The notes: a model not told the origin generated them from the sequence alone. 64,000 nucleotides of DNA from Laetmonice hystrix (GCA_965235115.1 OZ249437.1:46872001-46936000), one strand, 5' to 3'. Numbered from the stretch's first letter, positions 23,157 to 37,820 are shown. Made by a program: numbers and translations.

Positions 23157-25737
23157 GAGTAGGGGGAATGGCAGCTCACTGCGGCCGTTATAAGAGAGAC
23201 CGACAGACCCACAACAACATCACCCCCCCCCCGGTTTGACCATGCCCTTTGTGTTCTCCATGTCGGACATCCTCATCATGTCCACTCTGTGGTCAGTGAC
23301 TGACCTCATCCCCGGCAGGTTTTCCTCCCCTACCCCGGACCCTAGCTGGACTATTGCCACATACAAATGTACACGCAATATACTAAAAACATACCGTTAC
23401 TCGGTACTACCAGTACCATTCAGTTTCAACGTCTTGACATCTTTAAGAACAAGAACGAAAAAACAAACAAAACCATTTATTTTAAACTCAAAGTGATGTA
23501 TAAAATTATCAAATTTAATAAAAGATATACAAAAAACAATCTGAGCAGCTGCCCATCTTGGCCAGCAATTTTTTATCGGCAGTTTCAAACCCTTTACTAG
23601 GTTTGCTTTTGAAATAATGATTCGTCGTTTGAAAGGCAATTTTATTTTTGGTTTGACTGTTAAAAGGTATCTGTGCAGGAGAGTGCCGACAGCAATTAGG
23701 GCGTTACCCGGAGCCAGGTGCCATAAAACGGTGGTAATTTTCAGAGCCACATCTGTCCTAGGAACAGATTCAGACATCAACGTGTGTAAAGTAATCACAA
23801 TGTGTATCTCAGCCGTTCTGTGACAGTCAACCCGGTTACTGAGGTACACCATTCTCCAGGTCATTTTAAAGTGTACAGAAAAGGTTTGTGTTTACAGTGG
23901 CAATGATCCATATTAATATCTTCAAGCTCACCGACATTTAGCAGGGACCAATACATTTTTCATCCATAGGGCATTATAAAAAAACATTAGCAAGGGTAAA
24001 CCTTACATTTTCAAGCTGCTACTAACTTAAAGGTGTGCACGTGGATCCTTCCCTTCCTACTTGAATGGTTATTCGACACTATCATTTCGTATAATCAGTT
24101 GTATGTTGTGAAGATAACAGGAACCTTTTACAGATTCCTCACATAGATGAATTGACTTAAAAGAGGCCGGGGGGAGGGTTCTCTTTCTCCAATGAAACAT
24201 GCCACGCTCAGTCGTGCTTCACCGTTTGCCATTGTTGTACATTTTGCCCCGGCTGTGTGTGAACTTTGCCCAGTATCAGGCTTGGCCAGCCAAGCGGCAC
24301 GGCTCAGTGCTGCCCTCGTATCGGCCGCTCTCATTCTGTCAGCCGCCGCCGCTCTCAGCCGCGTCCCACCCACAAATAGTATCCTCTCTCTTCATTCATC
24401 CGCCCCAGCCATGGAAGTGCGGTATTTGTCCACATGGCTGGCCACTGGTCCATTTAACACATATCATGTCTCTATCTCCTGCTGTCAGAACGGACGTCAT
24501 TATCATAGAACCATTCTCACATCAATAGAGTGAATACAAATTTACCACAGTAAATGGACGCTTTTCCTAAAGGTCATCTGCAGTAGTTCGACTGGTTTTT
24601 TTACGACTTAAGCTGATGCTTTTGTTTCATTCCAAAATTCCGTCGTGATTTGGTCAAACTTAAACAGGTGATGATTTATAATTGCATATCTGTCAGATCA
24701 GGTTCTATCCGGACACAAAATCAGAATAATTTAGGATTCGACACCTTGAGCCCTTTTCCTCCTTTCTTGATTTCTATTCCAGTGACCCTAGTCGATCATT
24801 CAAGCCTGCATGCAAGGACTTAGATGAACTTTCATATCATGGTTCCTCTGTCGATGTTTCGCGAGTTGGAAAACACGAGTTGGAAAACATTCTTGAGGGT
24901 AAAAAGTCGCATTTAGTGCTCTCCAAAGGAGGGGATTTTTAACGTACCTATTTAATCAGTTAGGGAATTTTTGTTGGTTGGCCACGGAATATGTTTCAAC
25001 TGACCTTTGACGTGTTCAGTTAACTAAAAGGTCACTGCCTGGTCAGCTATGTCTGGTGTCGAGAGTTTTGGAGTCGGTCGGAATGGGTTAGCGACTACAG
25101 GTGACTCGGAACTCCCAGCGCCTTAAGCTTCACGACTTTTGCGGAGGCCTAAACTCCTTCAGTCACCAAAGGGGAAATTAACGTTACTCTGCGAGACTGG
25201 TACTAGATAATCATGCATGATAATCTACCATCAAGGAAAAGGGGATAATTACGAAAAGACGGGAATGGGGCCAAGAGGCAGAAAATCATCGCCCTTTGTG
25301 TGCCCCTGGTTATGTCTGGAGGCAACCTATTAACAGTTTATAGCAGTTGGCTGTTGGCAGTTGTTTGGTCCAGTACCGGTCACATCTGACCAGAGTGGTC
25401 ACGGCCAACCACAGACATCGTTTAATTCGGTTCCCGTTCCCATTGGTCTCTGTCTGAATGTGGCGAAGGGTTTAAGAATGTTTCGAAGTTGTTAAATCAG
25501 TGTAACCCACGGACATTCATGCCAGTGACTCTGCTGTGCAGGCGTTGGGATAATCACACCCAATTGTCTACCTGTCATTGACAAACTCTGAAATCTTCCT
25601 GGAGACGACATTCATGTCACACATCAGCGTCATCTGAGGCTGCGGGGTGAGAGCGGGCAGTCCCTCCCCCACACACCCTCCACCTGTGGGAGCTCAGGTG
25701 AGGGGGCATGAGGGGCCGGTGACGCCACAAGTCTTAC

Positions 25738-25771
25738 CTGAAGGTTACATCACTCGGGCTAGACGGACTAC
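25738..25771 (-). CDS. Candidate 34-nt micro-exon (phase 1-2), (G)SPSSPSDVTF(R)
   Basis: Acceptor cacaagttGCAG, donor CAG|GTAAGA. Phases bridge the 29687 and 16565 candidate exons. Confidence 0.35.
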
Positions 25772-28700
25772 CTGCAACTTGTGGAATTATCTCACGTTAG
25801 GAACAAAAGATGGTCAGCAAGGCACTGGTCTAATCTGTGAAACCTGGGTGGATGGAGCACAAAGCCGCTTCACACCACAAACTGGAGCCTAACCCCAGCA
25901 AGTACTGTGATAACAATGGCGGCCTGGCTGGCCAGCAGCCGACCGGACTCGGGTCCTACCTGAGACGGCAGGCGGGCGGGGAGAGCTGGGGCTGACTGGG
26001 GGTTGACAACAATGGTCGGCAGATCGATGGGCGACCGTTCTGAGTCACTCAGTCCCAGTCTGAGGGACGAGCTTACACTCATATAACAATGACAGGATGC
26101 CTCAATCTACGACTCTATATGAGCGCTACTGTTCGGGAGGTCCGGCTGAAGCCCTCACCAACGATACTTTTCTAACTATACCCGCAATGTTATCGTTGAC
26201 GACAACGAATATTTATAGGAACCTAACATCTACAATAACAGCCCCGCCCTCACAAAAAACACTACTTACTCAGACCTATATTCAGTCATTCATCAACCCC
26301 CCCTACACCACCAAACAATGTATTTCCCAGGCCCACTTAACGCTGGGCCTTCCACCCGGCAACCAGCCCAGTCAGCACGCCGTGTATGGCGGCTGGTACC
26401 GGTCGCCCTCGAGTGTGTTGTGGGTCGGCTGTCTCAAGAGGCTGCTCAGAATGAGGTGGGGTACCATCTGCCCACCTGGCTGACTTAAGAGCCTACATTA
26501 ACCCCTACTATAATCATCTAGGCCCGGCTAACAATGGGTCGTGCGCGGCTACATCCACCAGCATCTGTTCCCATCACGATTCCCCCTCACTGACTTCAGA
26601 CAAATCCCACTGTCAATGTCACCTCGATGGGTTTTCATCTCCAATGCCTTCCAATGGCTTGCTATGATTCTGCTGCTCTCACGACCCCAGGCATTGTGTT
26701 GGTAATCTAAAGGTTAGATTGGCTTGGCTAAAGGTTGCTCAACAAGGCACCTGATCACTATTGTTGTGCGGAGATCACTTTGCCAGGCTTTAGAATTATC
26801 TTAATACCTGCCATATAGGCTAGGAAAACACGGCTACAAAAACCGCCAACAGTGGACACTAAATATGTAAGAATAAGGTAAAATTGGAAAAACGAAGCCC
26901 AGTTTGATGGCTGATGAAAGTACGTGCAAATAGTGAAGCAGTCCGTAGGACAGTGTTTCTCACCTACACTAAGGACCATCAACCGTGACGACCCATACGG
27001 AGACGGGCGAGGGGGGGGGGGTCATATTGAAGGGACAACAAAAATTGAGATGTCAGAAAAATGACCATCATCAGATAGCTTTTAAGCTTTTATCTTATAG
27101 CTTCTATATAGATGACCAGGAACAAAAGTCAGCCTATATATATATAAAAAAAAAGAGAAAGAAAAAGTTAAAACGTCACTAAACCATTATGTCCTATGTG
27201 ACCAGTGGCGCTCAGATTGTGTGTATCCCTGGTAGGGACTGTACAGCTTATTGTAACGCCTGCTCACAGCAGTGTAGCTTTGACACCGCTGGAACCATGA
27301 CTGATTTGCAGTTAATGGAAATGTGATTGGCATCATCAGAGCCAATTTCTGCCTCTACTGGCCATGTACAAAGGCCGCTGAGCCACTGAGGTGTGCACTG
27401 CCCACCCCCACTTTAACACTTTATTTCTGTGGCCCTCATCCAAATAATCCGGATTACAAGTGCCACCATGTTGTATCTTGTTAATCTCTTACCCCATGAT
27501 TTGATTTGCCAACTCCCAATTATTGACCAGGAGTTTAATTTAAATGGTAATCACATCACGTGGGTAGGTGGTCTCCACCGGATTGGTTGGGCCCACCTCT
27601 CCGAGTCGGATACTCTGCACAATGTAGCAAGGTGACGTTACAGCTGGTGCCGACTGCCACACGCTCAACATTAGCATGTACTTCCGTGTGTATAGCTCAG
27701 AATCTCAGTCCCAGCCCAACTACATACATATTCATAGCAGTTAAGCCTGATGTTCCTTTGGGACCTGTTCTTGCATAATGTTTGTACCTATTTATGGGAG
27801 AGTCCGTAGCCTTCCTTCCTTCCGTTGAAAATGGACCGATTCTGCCAGGGCGAATAATGCATACTGGTCTCGACTATGTGGAGCACGTTTGGTATAATTT
27901 TCAATCTTCCGAGTGGTATTGTATCTATGAGGAATCTAACGCCAACGCCTTAAAAGGAGCCAATCTCAAATCCGGTTCTTCAATACATGTATTATAATTC
28001 TATTATCCACCTACATGTGGCATTGTCACATCCTGAAGTCGACCTGTGTAGTTCACCCCTTTCCTTCAAGCGTACCCCCCAGGACCTAGCTGCCCCAATT
28101 ACACCACAAATCAATTACAAAGACAGTGATTACATTGCCGGGCCCCCTGCTCCCTAGAGACTCCTCACAAATCAGGTACAAACAACTCGGCAAACGAACC
28201 TCTCGTCCTGTTGCATGCTAGCATGAACAGGCAGTCATCGGATGTGCAACTAAAATCATCCTAGCTGAAATGGGAAATTAAAGTCTGAATTAAGCTACTT
28301 AAACTAAATCAGGTCTCGCTTACAAGGGAGAGAAACATTTTGAGAGCGTACCAATGACTGGAGGCTTAACTTTCATAATTGTTTGCAAGACTATAGAAGG
28401 TCACCATGACAGACGTGCCCACAGTTTTATAGTGAAACTTGCTTCTTAACCGCTGCCCTTAACCGTAATCAAAGTGGGGAAGACGGGGATCAACATTTGG
28501 TTACTCAAAAACACATGAAAACAACATTTATACACAAGTACTGAATCTGTCATGTAGAGACGGTCACAGTGTGGTAGTTATTAAATCATGCCAGGTGTGG
28601 TAACCGTAGGACAATCACACATCTCGACGACTTAACCTCCAGTCGGTGTGTTCTGTGTACAAGTGTCGGCTAACGCCAGATGACAGGAACTTGTAACTGT

Positions 28701-29443
28701 GTCTGTTTGCTGTCATGATCTGTGCCGGCTGCTCTCACAGTGTCAGAGAGGAAGCATCTGCCTCGACCCGTTTACCACATACAGCGAGCCTTGGCCTGGC
28801 CAGGTGACAATCTGTCTCCTTCCGATACACAACTCGCTACATGGGAGACAATAGCCTGCCACCATCTACTGACACTTCAAAGAGAGAAGTACATTGGCAG
28901 CTGCAGGTTCAAAGTGACCACCAGTTAATGTGGCCTAATGCGTTCTTATGTAACACCTTAGATCAAGAGGTATCAGGTGAATCCAAGTGTCAATTACATC
29001 ATAAAGAGAACTGTTTGTGGAATACAACGTGACAAGGCGGCGTCTATCGAGGGATTCCCTTCAATCGGATAGAGATAGATAATCCCGTCTGATAGTAACG
29101 TGTAACGTGTAACATACATGTAGTATCATTCTCATGGTCCTTCCCAGAAATGACAAATAAATCTAAAAATAAAATTAAACTGCCTTGGTCTATGAACCTG
29201 GTCTATGAGGGTATGAGGGACCGACTGACTTTCTTTCGTATTCCAAGGAGACATCCGTGGTTGATGCTGTGGCTTCCTTTAGAACTCCGACGACATTGAA
29301 GATTGCACATTCCGTTAAGGACAGACGTTTCGGATCGACCTTACAGAGATTATAACAATACGACTCACTCACCTGTTACAGATAGCCTGGTTGTCTGACA
29401 GCTCGGTGTCGTTGTCGTGTCTGACTCGTTTTACCTGTCAAAG

Positions 29444-29701
29444 AGATACACATACCGTTATTATTACCCGTAAAACAGATACACATACCGTTATTAGTAC
29501 CCGTAAAACAGATACACATACCGTTATTAGTACCCGTAAAACAGATACACATACCGTTATTAGTACCCGTAAAACAGATACACACACCGTTATTAGTACC
29601 CGTAAAACAGATACACATACCGTTATTAGTACCCGTAAAACAGATACACATACCGTTATTAGTACCCGTAAAACAGATACACATACCGTTATTATTACCC
29701 G
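29444..29701. repeat. 33-bp minisatellite, about 8 copies
   Basis: Unit ccgtaaaacagatacacataccgttattagtac. Confidence 0.95.
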
Positions 29702-29792
29702 TACTCATAGACGGATCATCTTCATTATCTTCATCAAACTCGGGAAATTTTAACTCGGACCGACGGCGCGCCATTTCGGTTTCTGCTGCCAT
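29687..29792 (-). CDS. Candidate first coding exon MAAETEMARRRSELKFPEFDEDNEDDPSMSTGNNN(G) of an unidentified gene
   Basis: aaaATGGCAGCA start, locally CpG-rich 5' end, natural-looking acidic N-terminus, donor AACG|GTATGT at 29686. Confidence 0.5.
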
Positions 29793-32700
29793 TTTTCTCT
29801 AAATTCTCATTATTTTCCAAGGCTAAGGGTCTCAGGTCATAGATAATTTGTGGTCCCAAATCTTGTGACATTCTAATTATTTTCTCATATATTTCATACT
29901 GGTAAAAAATGAAAGGTATTTAAATAAATCGACATTTCAACTCTTGATTAATCAGGATCAATCAATCTTGATACAATTAATTGTTGACGGGATGGCGGGC
30001 CGCTTGAGAACACAACGCTGCGGTAACGCTGCCATGGCAGCTATCCATGCAGCGAACAACATTTAAGTGCGGTCCCTAAAAGTGCCCTCCACCATAAATA
30101 AATGGCAGATTTCCAGGCGTGTACTAACGTAGATATTGCCTCTTGCAGGGAATGCCCTGAGTTTAGGCCCTAAATAAGCTCTCGGCTTTGCCTCAAGCCT
30201 ACGACCTGCACTATCCACTAACTAATCAAGGCGGTGGGAATCACTGCTATGAGGACCTGAGGCTGCCAACGTTTTCAGGATCACAACCATCATCTATCTG
30301 TCCACCTTTCTATAACACATCATAACGCACACATGTTCCTCCCCCACATCATGTGACATGTCACGCACGACCACCTACTATAACCAGCCTCAAGCTGCCC
30401 TAGCAGGTGGTCCACCTCGGCTGGCCAGCCCCTTCTCCTGCTGCTGCTTCAGCTTCTTACTGTGAGCTGTAGCATCCGTATGGTGACATGCATGTCCATC
30501 TCCCACTGCCCCCTCCGCCCCCTCCACCCTGCCCGGCCCACTACCACCACTGCCAATTCAATTTGCAGGCCACATGGCACTGCCTCCAATGCTATTACGG
30601 ACAGTAAATTGGGTTACTATCTTTTCCAGTAGACCGCAGTAGACTGAACTCCGCCGCCTGAAGCAAGGAAACTGATGACCAGAACATCAAGGCTACATAA
30701 AGGGAACCCTATAAAGGTCTAACTACCCATTGTCTTTACAGTCTCAGACATCATGTCATGAGGTGAAAGAGCATAATGTGACTCTAATCCAGTAGTCATA
30801 GAGAGAAATAGTAACATTGTATAATCCGAACCGTATAATTCAAACCCCAATATAATGAAAACAATTAATGTGAGCAGTTACACTGGGGATAGATTTGATT
30901 CACAATGACGAAGTTCTGTGATACCATACACCATGAATGCAATGGGCGGTTTGTAATATCATCTTAGAATACTACAAGGACAACCTTCGGGGTGGACGTA
31001 TTATGAGCTCGATCTCGGTATTACGTACATAAATAGATTCTGTAGCTAGTCAGGATGATATATCTCTATCGGAATGCAATGTACTTGATCGCATAAATCA
31101 TGTCCGTATCTGTATCGGTATGTAGGCATTGACATGGGTACAATTCAAAATACACCAACAAACATGACCTCACAAACATGCTGTGATGTTGTTTGAGGTG
31201 TTTAACTGAAGGACTATTTCCTACCATGGGTTGATGAAAGAAGTGGTCCTGTGCCATTGTTGTCAACAGCATAGTGATGGAGGCGCGCGCTGGAGGAGCA
31301 GACCTCCTGTAAGCCAGGATCACCAATCCTCCAGGTTAACACTTCCCCCTCTATCTTACAACACTGCTCCTGCCGTGGACGACCTGCGGGTGATTCGTTG
31401 GGTTCCTCTGCTGCTGCCACACAGGCCTGCCAATACTTGTATGTGTATGTCGGGTTGATACAGAGACTGTCGGCTGCGGGGTGGAGTGGTTGGAGAGTGC
31501 TGGGGTGACCAACTCGCTGACCCCCTTCCTACCGGCTGGGTGACTGGTGCTATAGTAACAGCCTGTTGTGTTGTCAGGGTTGTTGTTATAGGCCTCCAGC
31601 GAGCGGCTGGTCCACTGGCTGGTCCACCGATTGCTAACCTCCTCTCCTGGATCAGGAAGTCTGTACCCATTCTAATTACAGGGGTGACAGGGTGTTTGTT
31701 TATCCATCACTCTCAGATTGTTTGTAGGACACTTTGGGCCAAGTCCTCTACCACCCTTTCATGGCTTCCCTGAACGCTAGATAAATTATCTGTTGGTCGT
31801 TTTATCACTCTGCTGTTTCCCTACATCACACACATGGATGGAGGGTATTCTGAAATTGTAGGGAAAGTTCTCAAAACTCGGACATACTTGAACTTTCCCC
31901 CCTTGCTGTGCATGGACTTGTGTTTAACAACTACAATAACATCAAAAACCACTGCCGATGTCTTTGCTGAATGCCTAGGGGCAGAAATAATTCTGACATC
32001 GACGGGATAGTTGTTTCAACTGCATGTATTTACTTAACTGAGATATATTTCTTAGAAACCAGACGACTTCTTCCACGGCTGAATCCAAAGCTTCATGTTT
32101 CATATGCTATATGCTTCCTTGTTTTTTTAGGGCGATGAGTCGCGGGTGTAAGCATTTTTATCAGGAGAAGCCACAGCAGTCGTGAATCAAATGAGAACAC
32201 CTTCATCATCATAACCACCAGCAACATTTCCATCCCTATTAACTTTTCATCACACAGGCAAACACAATTTCTTATAAAAATATAAGTCAGAAAGTCATTT
32301 ATACAATTTAACCTAAAGACCTATGAGACGGAAACCTTTTCTATATCAAAATACTCTCCAAGAAATACATGCATCCTTGGTTCTGAGCCAGTATATTCAT
32401 TACGACGGTCTTCCACTAATCCAGCATGTCGCCGAAGAATCTGAATCTGGGACCGGCGACCGGACAGTCCATGAGAAAATCTGTCCAAAGAATAGGACCG
32501 CCAATGGCCGGTGAACATTACTGTCAGCGGGCCGCCGGTCCAAAGTGTTTTAATTATTCTGGTCGCCAGGACCTGCACTGCCGGTGGGCGACAAAAACCG
32601 GCTTCTTGGAACACATCCTTAAATCTCAATGGAAAACTGCTGTAAGACAGAGAAACGCTAAAAAAGATCTTAATTCATTTTCACTGGTTATTAAAAACTC

Positions 32701-35700
32701 AGGAAACCTTTCTTCATATAGCGAGAAGTTCAGGTCCCATGTTCAATGTTCAGGTTTTTAAGGGCGTGACCTACTTTGTGCACTTATACAAACAGATTAT
32801 GAGTGCACCTCCCATGATCACACCACTTGTTGCTTGGATAGCCTGCCTGGCTGCCTGCCCTTCCATCCAACGCTCCAGTGAAACATTTTCCGAAATGAAA
32901 GCTGATTCGACTGGCAAGTGTCTGTGAGTGGCACGGTAAGATAAGGGTAGTGGAAGTGAGATGTGACGAGGGCTGGCCTCTATCAGGGCATTCCCCCATC
33001 AGATGGCGATCACTGATTGTTGGCTGCCTCGACACAGACTCTGCCGGGTAGAGCCCCTCACGTCTCTCGTCACATCTGCTCTATGTCGTTCCTACCTCCA
33101 CGTTTTCTACCCTGACCTTCCCACTAGTCGGCTTCAGTCACTGCTGAGACTGAAGATTACAAGTGGTCTTCAGAAGTTGCAGAGATGTTGAAGAGGGTTT
33201 CGACGGTTCCATTGTGTCTGTATTGTGATTAAATGAAAGTACTTGTGCTGTTGAGGTCCTCTTGCTGGACAAATCAGAACGGGTCGTGCACTAAAAAAAA
33301 TACGTTTGTGTTTGAAAGGATTCAATTAGCTAGGTTTTAAATCAAACATCCCCCGCCCCCCCCCCAATTCCCCCCAACCCCCAAGATTTTGAGGGTTATT
33401 GAATGATTCAAGAGTTATTCAAATAACCTAATCGTACAACACCAGGCCTTTTACCTATAATTTTCAAACCGTGTGAGGTCAACACAGATAGCAAGAATGC
33501 AAAGACAAAAATATGCAGAGGAAATAGAAAGATTGTCCTCCAACCTGAGTACGCCCCCCCCCCCCCGATGCAACTATAATTTAAATCCAAACCTATATCA
33601 AAAGAAACCCGTCTCAGTGCTGGCCCTCATCTTTATGACAGGTATGTATCTCATCTGGTAGCAGCGCAAATCTGAGAAAAATTGAAATCAAAACTCCGTA
33701 GAATATAGCACATACTGTATTATTGGTGAGGGGTGGGGTCTGATCTGTATGATTGATCTGTTAAGGTAAGACCTTGACAGCAAATACTTCTGATTGGTAA
33801 CCTAAAATGCATAGATATGTAAAGGTAATTCCAGAGTTTCCGAGAGGGGGTGACCAAGGTAAGGACAGTTTGACGACTACACCCACCCTTACCCATGTCC
33901 CATCATCAGATTCTACACTACATGCGGCTTTCATACACACCGTGAGTTCCTCTGACACCACCACAATAATATTGTATTCAAACCGTGAAAAAAACATTGT
34001 TCTCCAGTATAAAGGTAGCACAGTTTAACAATAATCATATTGTCTTTTTGATGTTAAATCCAGCAGTACGTCCCGCTGAGAATTCCATTCATATCGCGGG
34101 CAGCGGAAAAAAAGTATTACAATTTCAAAGGAAATCCTCCACTTTCAATGTTCCAGGTCGTCATTGTGAAAAAGGTCCTGCTGGGTGCCGGACAAACAGC
34201 CGTACAATGCTTTGTTCCCGAGGCTGGGTTCAATCCTACGTAATGATAACATAACCATACCTCCACAATTATGACAACTTCTATGTCCCTTTCAACATTT
34301 TCATGTCTTTCAAAATCCACATCCACAGGACAACGGTAGGTCTGGATTTATATGGATCAAGACGAGAGCTAGGTATTTAAAAATGAATTCCTGAATAACT
34401 TTAGAGATCACTGACTGGATGTGACATAATGGAGACAACACAATCATTCGAGTGATTGTTGCCATATTATCCAAAGGAGACATGTCGGTGGATACCGGAT
34501 AGCCTGTAATTTGTTGCGACTATCATCAAGATGCAGACCTGTATGGTTTTAACATCTAGATGATGCGTCTCGCCCTTCAACTTTTACTCTTCTTTATCTC
34601 ATAGAACCAGCTGTACAGAGGATACTTGGAAATTACTTGCCATCAACGAGTAATCCTAAAGGACAGAGTTGAAGCACTAAATCAATAAAACACTGTCTTA
34701 TTGACCAAATCTGCATAGTATTTGTTCCAATACAAACATGTGACATTTATTATTACTTTTTTTCATTTTAAATAAAAGATTATCACAATTTAGGGGGGGG
34801 GGGGGCTGCAGGTTTTGCACACCAGCATACTGCATATATTTCAACGGAACTGCTTTGTAAATATGGGCATGTGTCAGTGACACTGAGCGTTGAACTTCTC
34901 CACAAGCCGAACACACATGAAATGACTTTCAGAACACAATATAGGAAAGGCATAATCAGCGAGTGTTACCCAGTGTCTAATGTTAGGTTGACAGATGAGT
35001 AAGTTACAATGCTGGCTCGGTGGGCATACCGCGGACGGCCAGTGACAGTGACGGTCGACCCCGTAAGACTTCACTCTTGATGAGTCCACAAAGGCAGGAG
35101 CACCAGCAGCCTCATCAAACACGCCTCCATCTCGTTTTATCTACAGCCGGGTTGTGTCATGCTGATTTCATACCATGCCTCACCGGATATTTCCGCTCTC
35201 AGCGCCAGTATGAATCGACTTTTCCATTACGCCATCGACTGCATGTAAAGGGCTGCTTAATTAGGGTCTTTAACGACTCAAGAACTGTCCTAACAAGTCT
35301 AACCAGTCTAATTAATATATAAAATGTATTTCATGGGGCAGACTAATTGCAGTTGCCAAACCTCAAGGCCCATTACCCACTTCCAGGAAGTTCCATCATT
35401 TCATTTGTGCCCTCGCTAATATCCAGGGATCACAAGCGTTACTTGAGGAAATGACGTGAATAACGATTACCGCCACAAACACCGAGTTTGTCCTGAACAC
35501 TAATCATTCCCTTCACTGTGTGAAACCAGCCTATCAGATCTCTTCATTTCAATGTGCCCTCAGCTAGAAACAGTGGTTTTAAAAGGTGCGAGCCGACTTG
35601 CACAAACATGTCCACTGATTATAATTGTTAACCTACTTGAACCCTATAATTCAGACTGTACAACGGCATGACAAACCGCCGAAACAAACACTGTTTTCGG

Positions 35701-36386
35701 ACGTATCATCTTGGTGTTTGATTCGTTTTATAATCTTGGTGTTTGAGTCGTTTTTCAGAGCATAACAAGTTTTGGAAGGGCAGCTTACAACTTATCATAC
35801 AAATTATTATAAAATCGACTAGTTCCTCCGTTTTTCATGCCCCTGGTTTTTTTTAAAAGGTTCGGCCCTGATATCACCACGAGTTTGACATCTAGGATCT
35901 GTGATCGCTGACAGAAAAACAGCCTCAATGTCCTTACTAAGCTGAACAGTCGCCAGGCCGCCGTGTCCCTTGTGGTGGTTGGTCTCTCGTCACATCCCAT
36001 GTGACTAAATTGTTTGCAGGGCTGACGGTTGGAGACCAACAAACGGATCAGAGATCACATGCCTGACGGACCCTCGCCCACCCCCGACTTGTGCGCAACA
36101 TCCTGTTCTGGTCATACGGACTGGGGGACGAAATGTTCACGCCTATTCTACCAACACCGGGAACATTCGCAAAGTCATCTAGCCAAAGTATTCTGTGTAT
36201 CTACGAGCAGCAGTTAGTATCAATATTAGTTAGGCCACCAAAAGTGACGCCCAAGTGGACATGCGAGTGGACATGCCATCCTCTTTTATTAGCTCTTTTA
36301 CTAGCTAACACTTTATTACAAACGATTCCAACCCTAAAATCTTTAACTCTCAAGGTTAGGATGTCCAATTACAAGGTAGTAGTAAT

Positions 36387-36637
36387 ATGCATTCAGGTCA
36401 AACAGCCCTATTACAATGGAGTTTATACATTCAGGACAAACAGCCCTGTTACACGGGAGTGGTATGCATTCAGTTCAAACAGCCCTGTTACACGGGAGTG
36501 GTATGCATTCAGGTCAAACAGCCCTGTTACACGGGAGTGGTATGCATTCAGTTCAAACAGCCCTGTTACACGGGAGTGGTATGCATTCAGGTCAACAAGG
36601 CTGTGTTATATATTCAGGTCAAACAGCCCTGTTACAA
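36387..36637. repeat. 39-bp minisatellite, about 6 copies with degenerate ends
   Basis: Unit atgcattcagKtcaaacagccctgttacacgggagtggt at 36387, 36425, 36464, 36503, 36542, 36581. Confidence 0.9.
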
Positions 36638-37559
36638 GGTCACAAACCAGTTACCTTTACTTTCTTTCAAAATACTGTACTCGTCTACTTTAAGACAGAA
36701 ACAGCCATCCGGTCACAAATGCCTGGCCATGAAATAGACAGTATCTTCTGCTTCGTGGTAACATTCTTTCCCTTTATAAATAACATTCCTGTTCTTTCCA
36801 TTCATAAAATTCCCATCATTTTCACGCTATGTTACTCAAGTGCTAAATGTATTACTAAATTGCGAACTGCCTTCAAATCAGCCTAAATTACAGGACGGGA
36901 CGATAAGCAGTGTAGAACCGGGGTTGCGGGGTACCATTACTTCGCTGTTTGCATCCATGCCTTGCATGACCTATGACCATAAACCAATCTGTAAGTTTGT
37001 CAACTCAAGGTGACCATTTCTAAAGATTGAATTGTCAGCTCCTTCGATAGCACGGTCAGCCGGTCCCGCAGCTACCTGGGTGACTTGTATGTATCCATGA
37101 AACCCACTTGTAATCATTTAAAAACATATTTGTACAATAATGGTTCAAAAGCGCATACCGAATAGTTACACTATGGCTCTATAGGGCTGACAGTTCTGGT
37201 TCTTCAGTGTCACAGAACCGAAACCTATTATGCCCTATAGTTGTTTTTCTTGACAAGAAAAATGCTTAAGAAACCCTATACATCATTTTGACTTAGGAAA
37301 CCAAACAAACACCACTTACGATAAAAAAGATTTCTTTCTTCTTATTAGTCTGTGATATTACTAAAAAGCAATATTTTTTTGGAAGGTTACCAACCAAAAA
37401 AAAAGGGAAAAAAGAAGTGCAATATTGACCTGGGTTATGAAGATGCTGATAAGGCCACATCAACATCAAAGGAAAATTTTTCTGTTTGAAAAGATGGCAC
37501 TACAGAGCTCGCAATCATGCTCAAACACAAAAGTAGAGCCCTGGCAGAGAGAGTGGCTT

Positions 37560-37820
37560 TGGTGTGGCGGGGGCGGGGAGGGAAGGAACGGGGGGGGGGA
37601 GGCTGGGAGCCATGACTGGTTGACTGGTGGATCGAGGGAGGGAGGGGGATAGGGAGGGAGGCGGGGTGCTGGGAGCGACCGCAGACAGGGGGAAGGGGAA
37701 TTGCGTGTGTGTGGGGAGGGAGCGAGGGAGGGAGCGAGGGAGCGAGATGGAGACAGAGAGTGAGAGAGACAGAGAGAGACACACACAGAGAGGCAGAGGC
37801 AGAGACAGAGTGTGTGTGTC
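37560..37820. repeat. G/A-rich low-complexity tract (GGGA, GA and GT microsatellites)
   Basis: Runs of gggag, gagaga and gtgtgt are directly visible. Confidence 0.85.

Noticed and set aside
32430-32610. hAT-like non-autonomous element (ggcgacc/gtcgcc-rich)
   Set aside because: I could not find paired TIRs or a target-site duplication.
34200-34240. tRNA or SINE suggested by the B-box-like GGTTCAATCC
   Set aside because: No A-box at the proper spacing and no cloverleaf.
36091-36886. Three overlapping plus-strand ORFs of 116-200 aa
   Set aside because: All three frames are open through a 39-bp repeat, with no recognisable domain.
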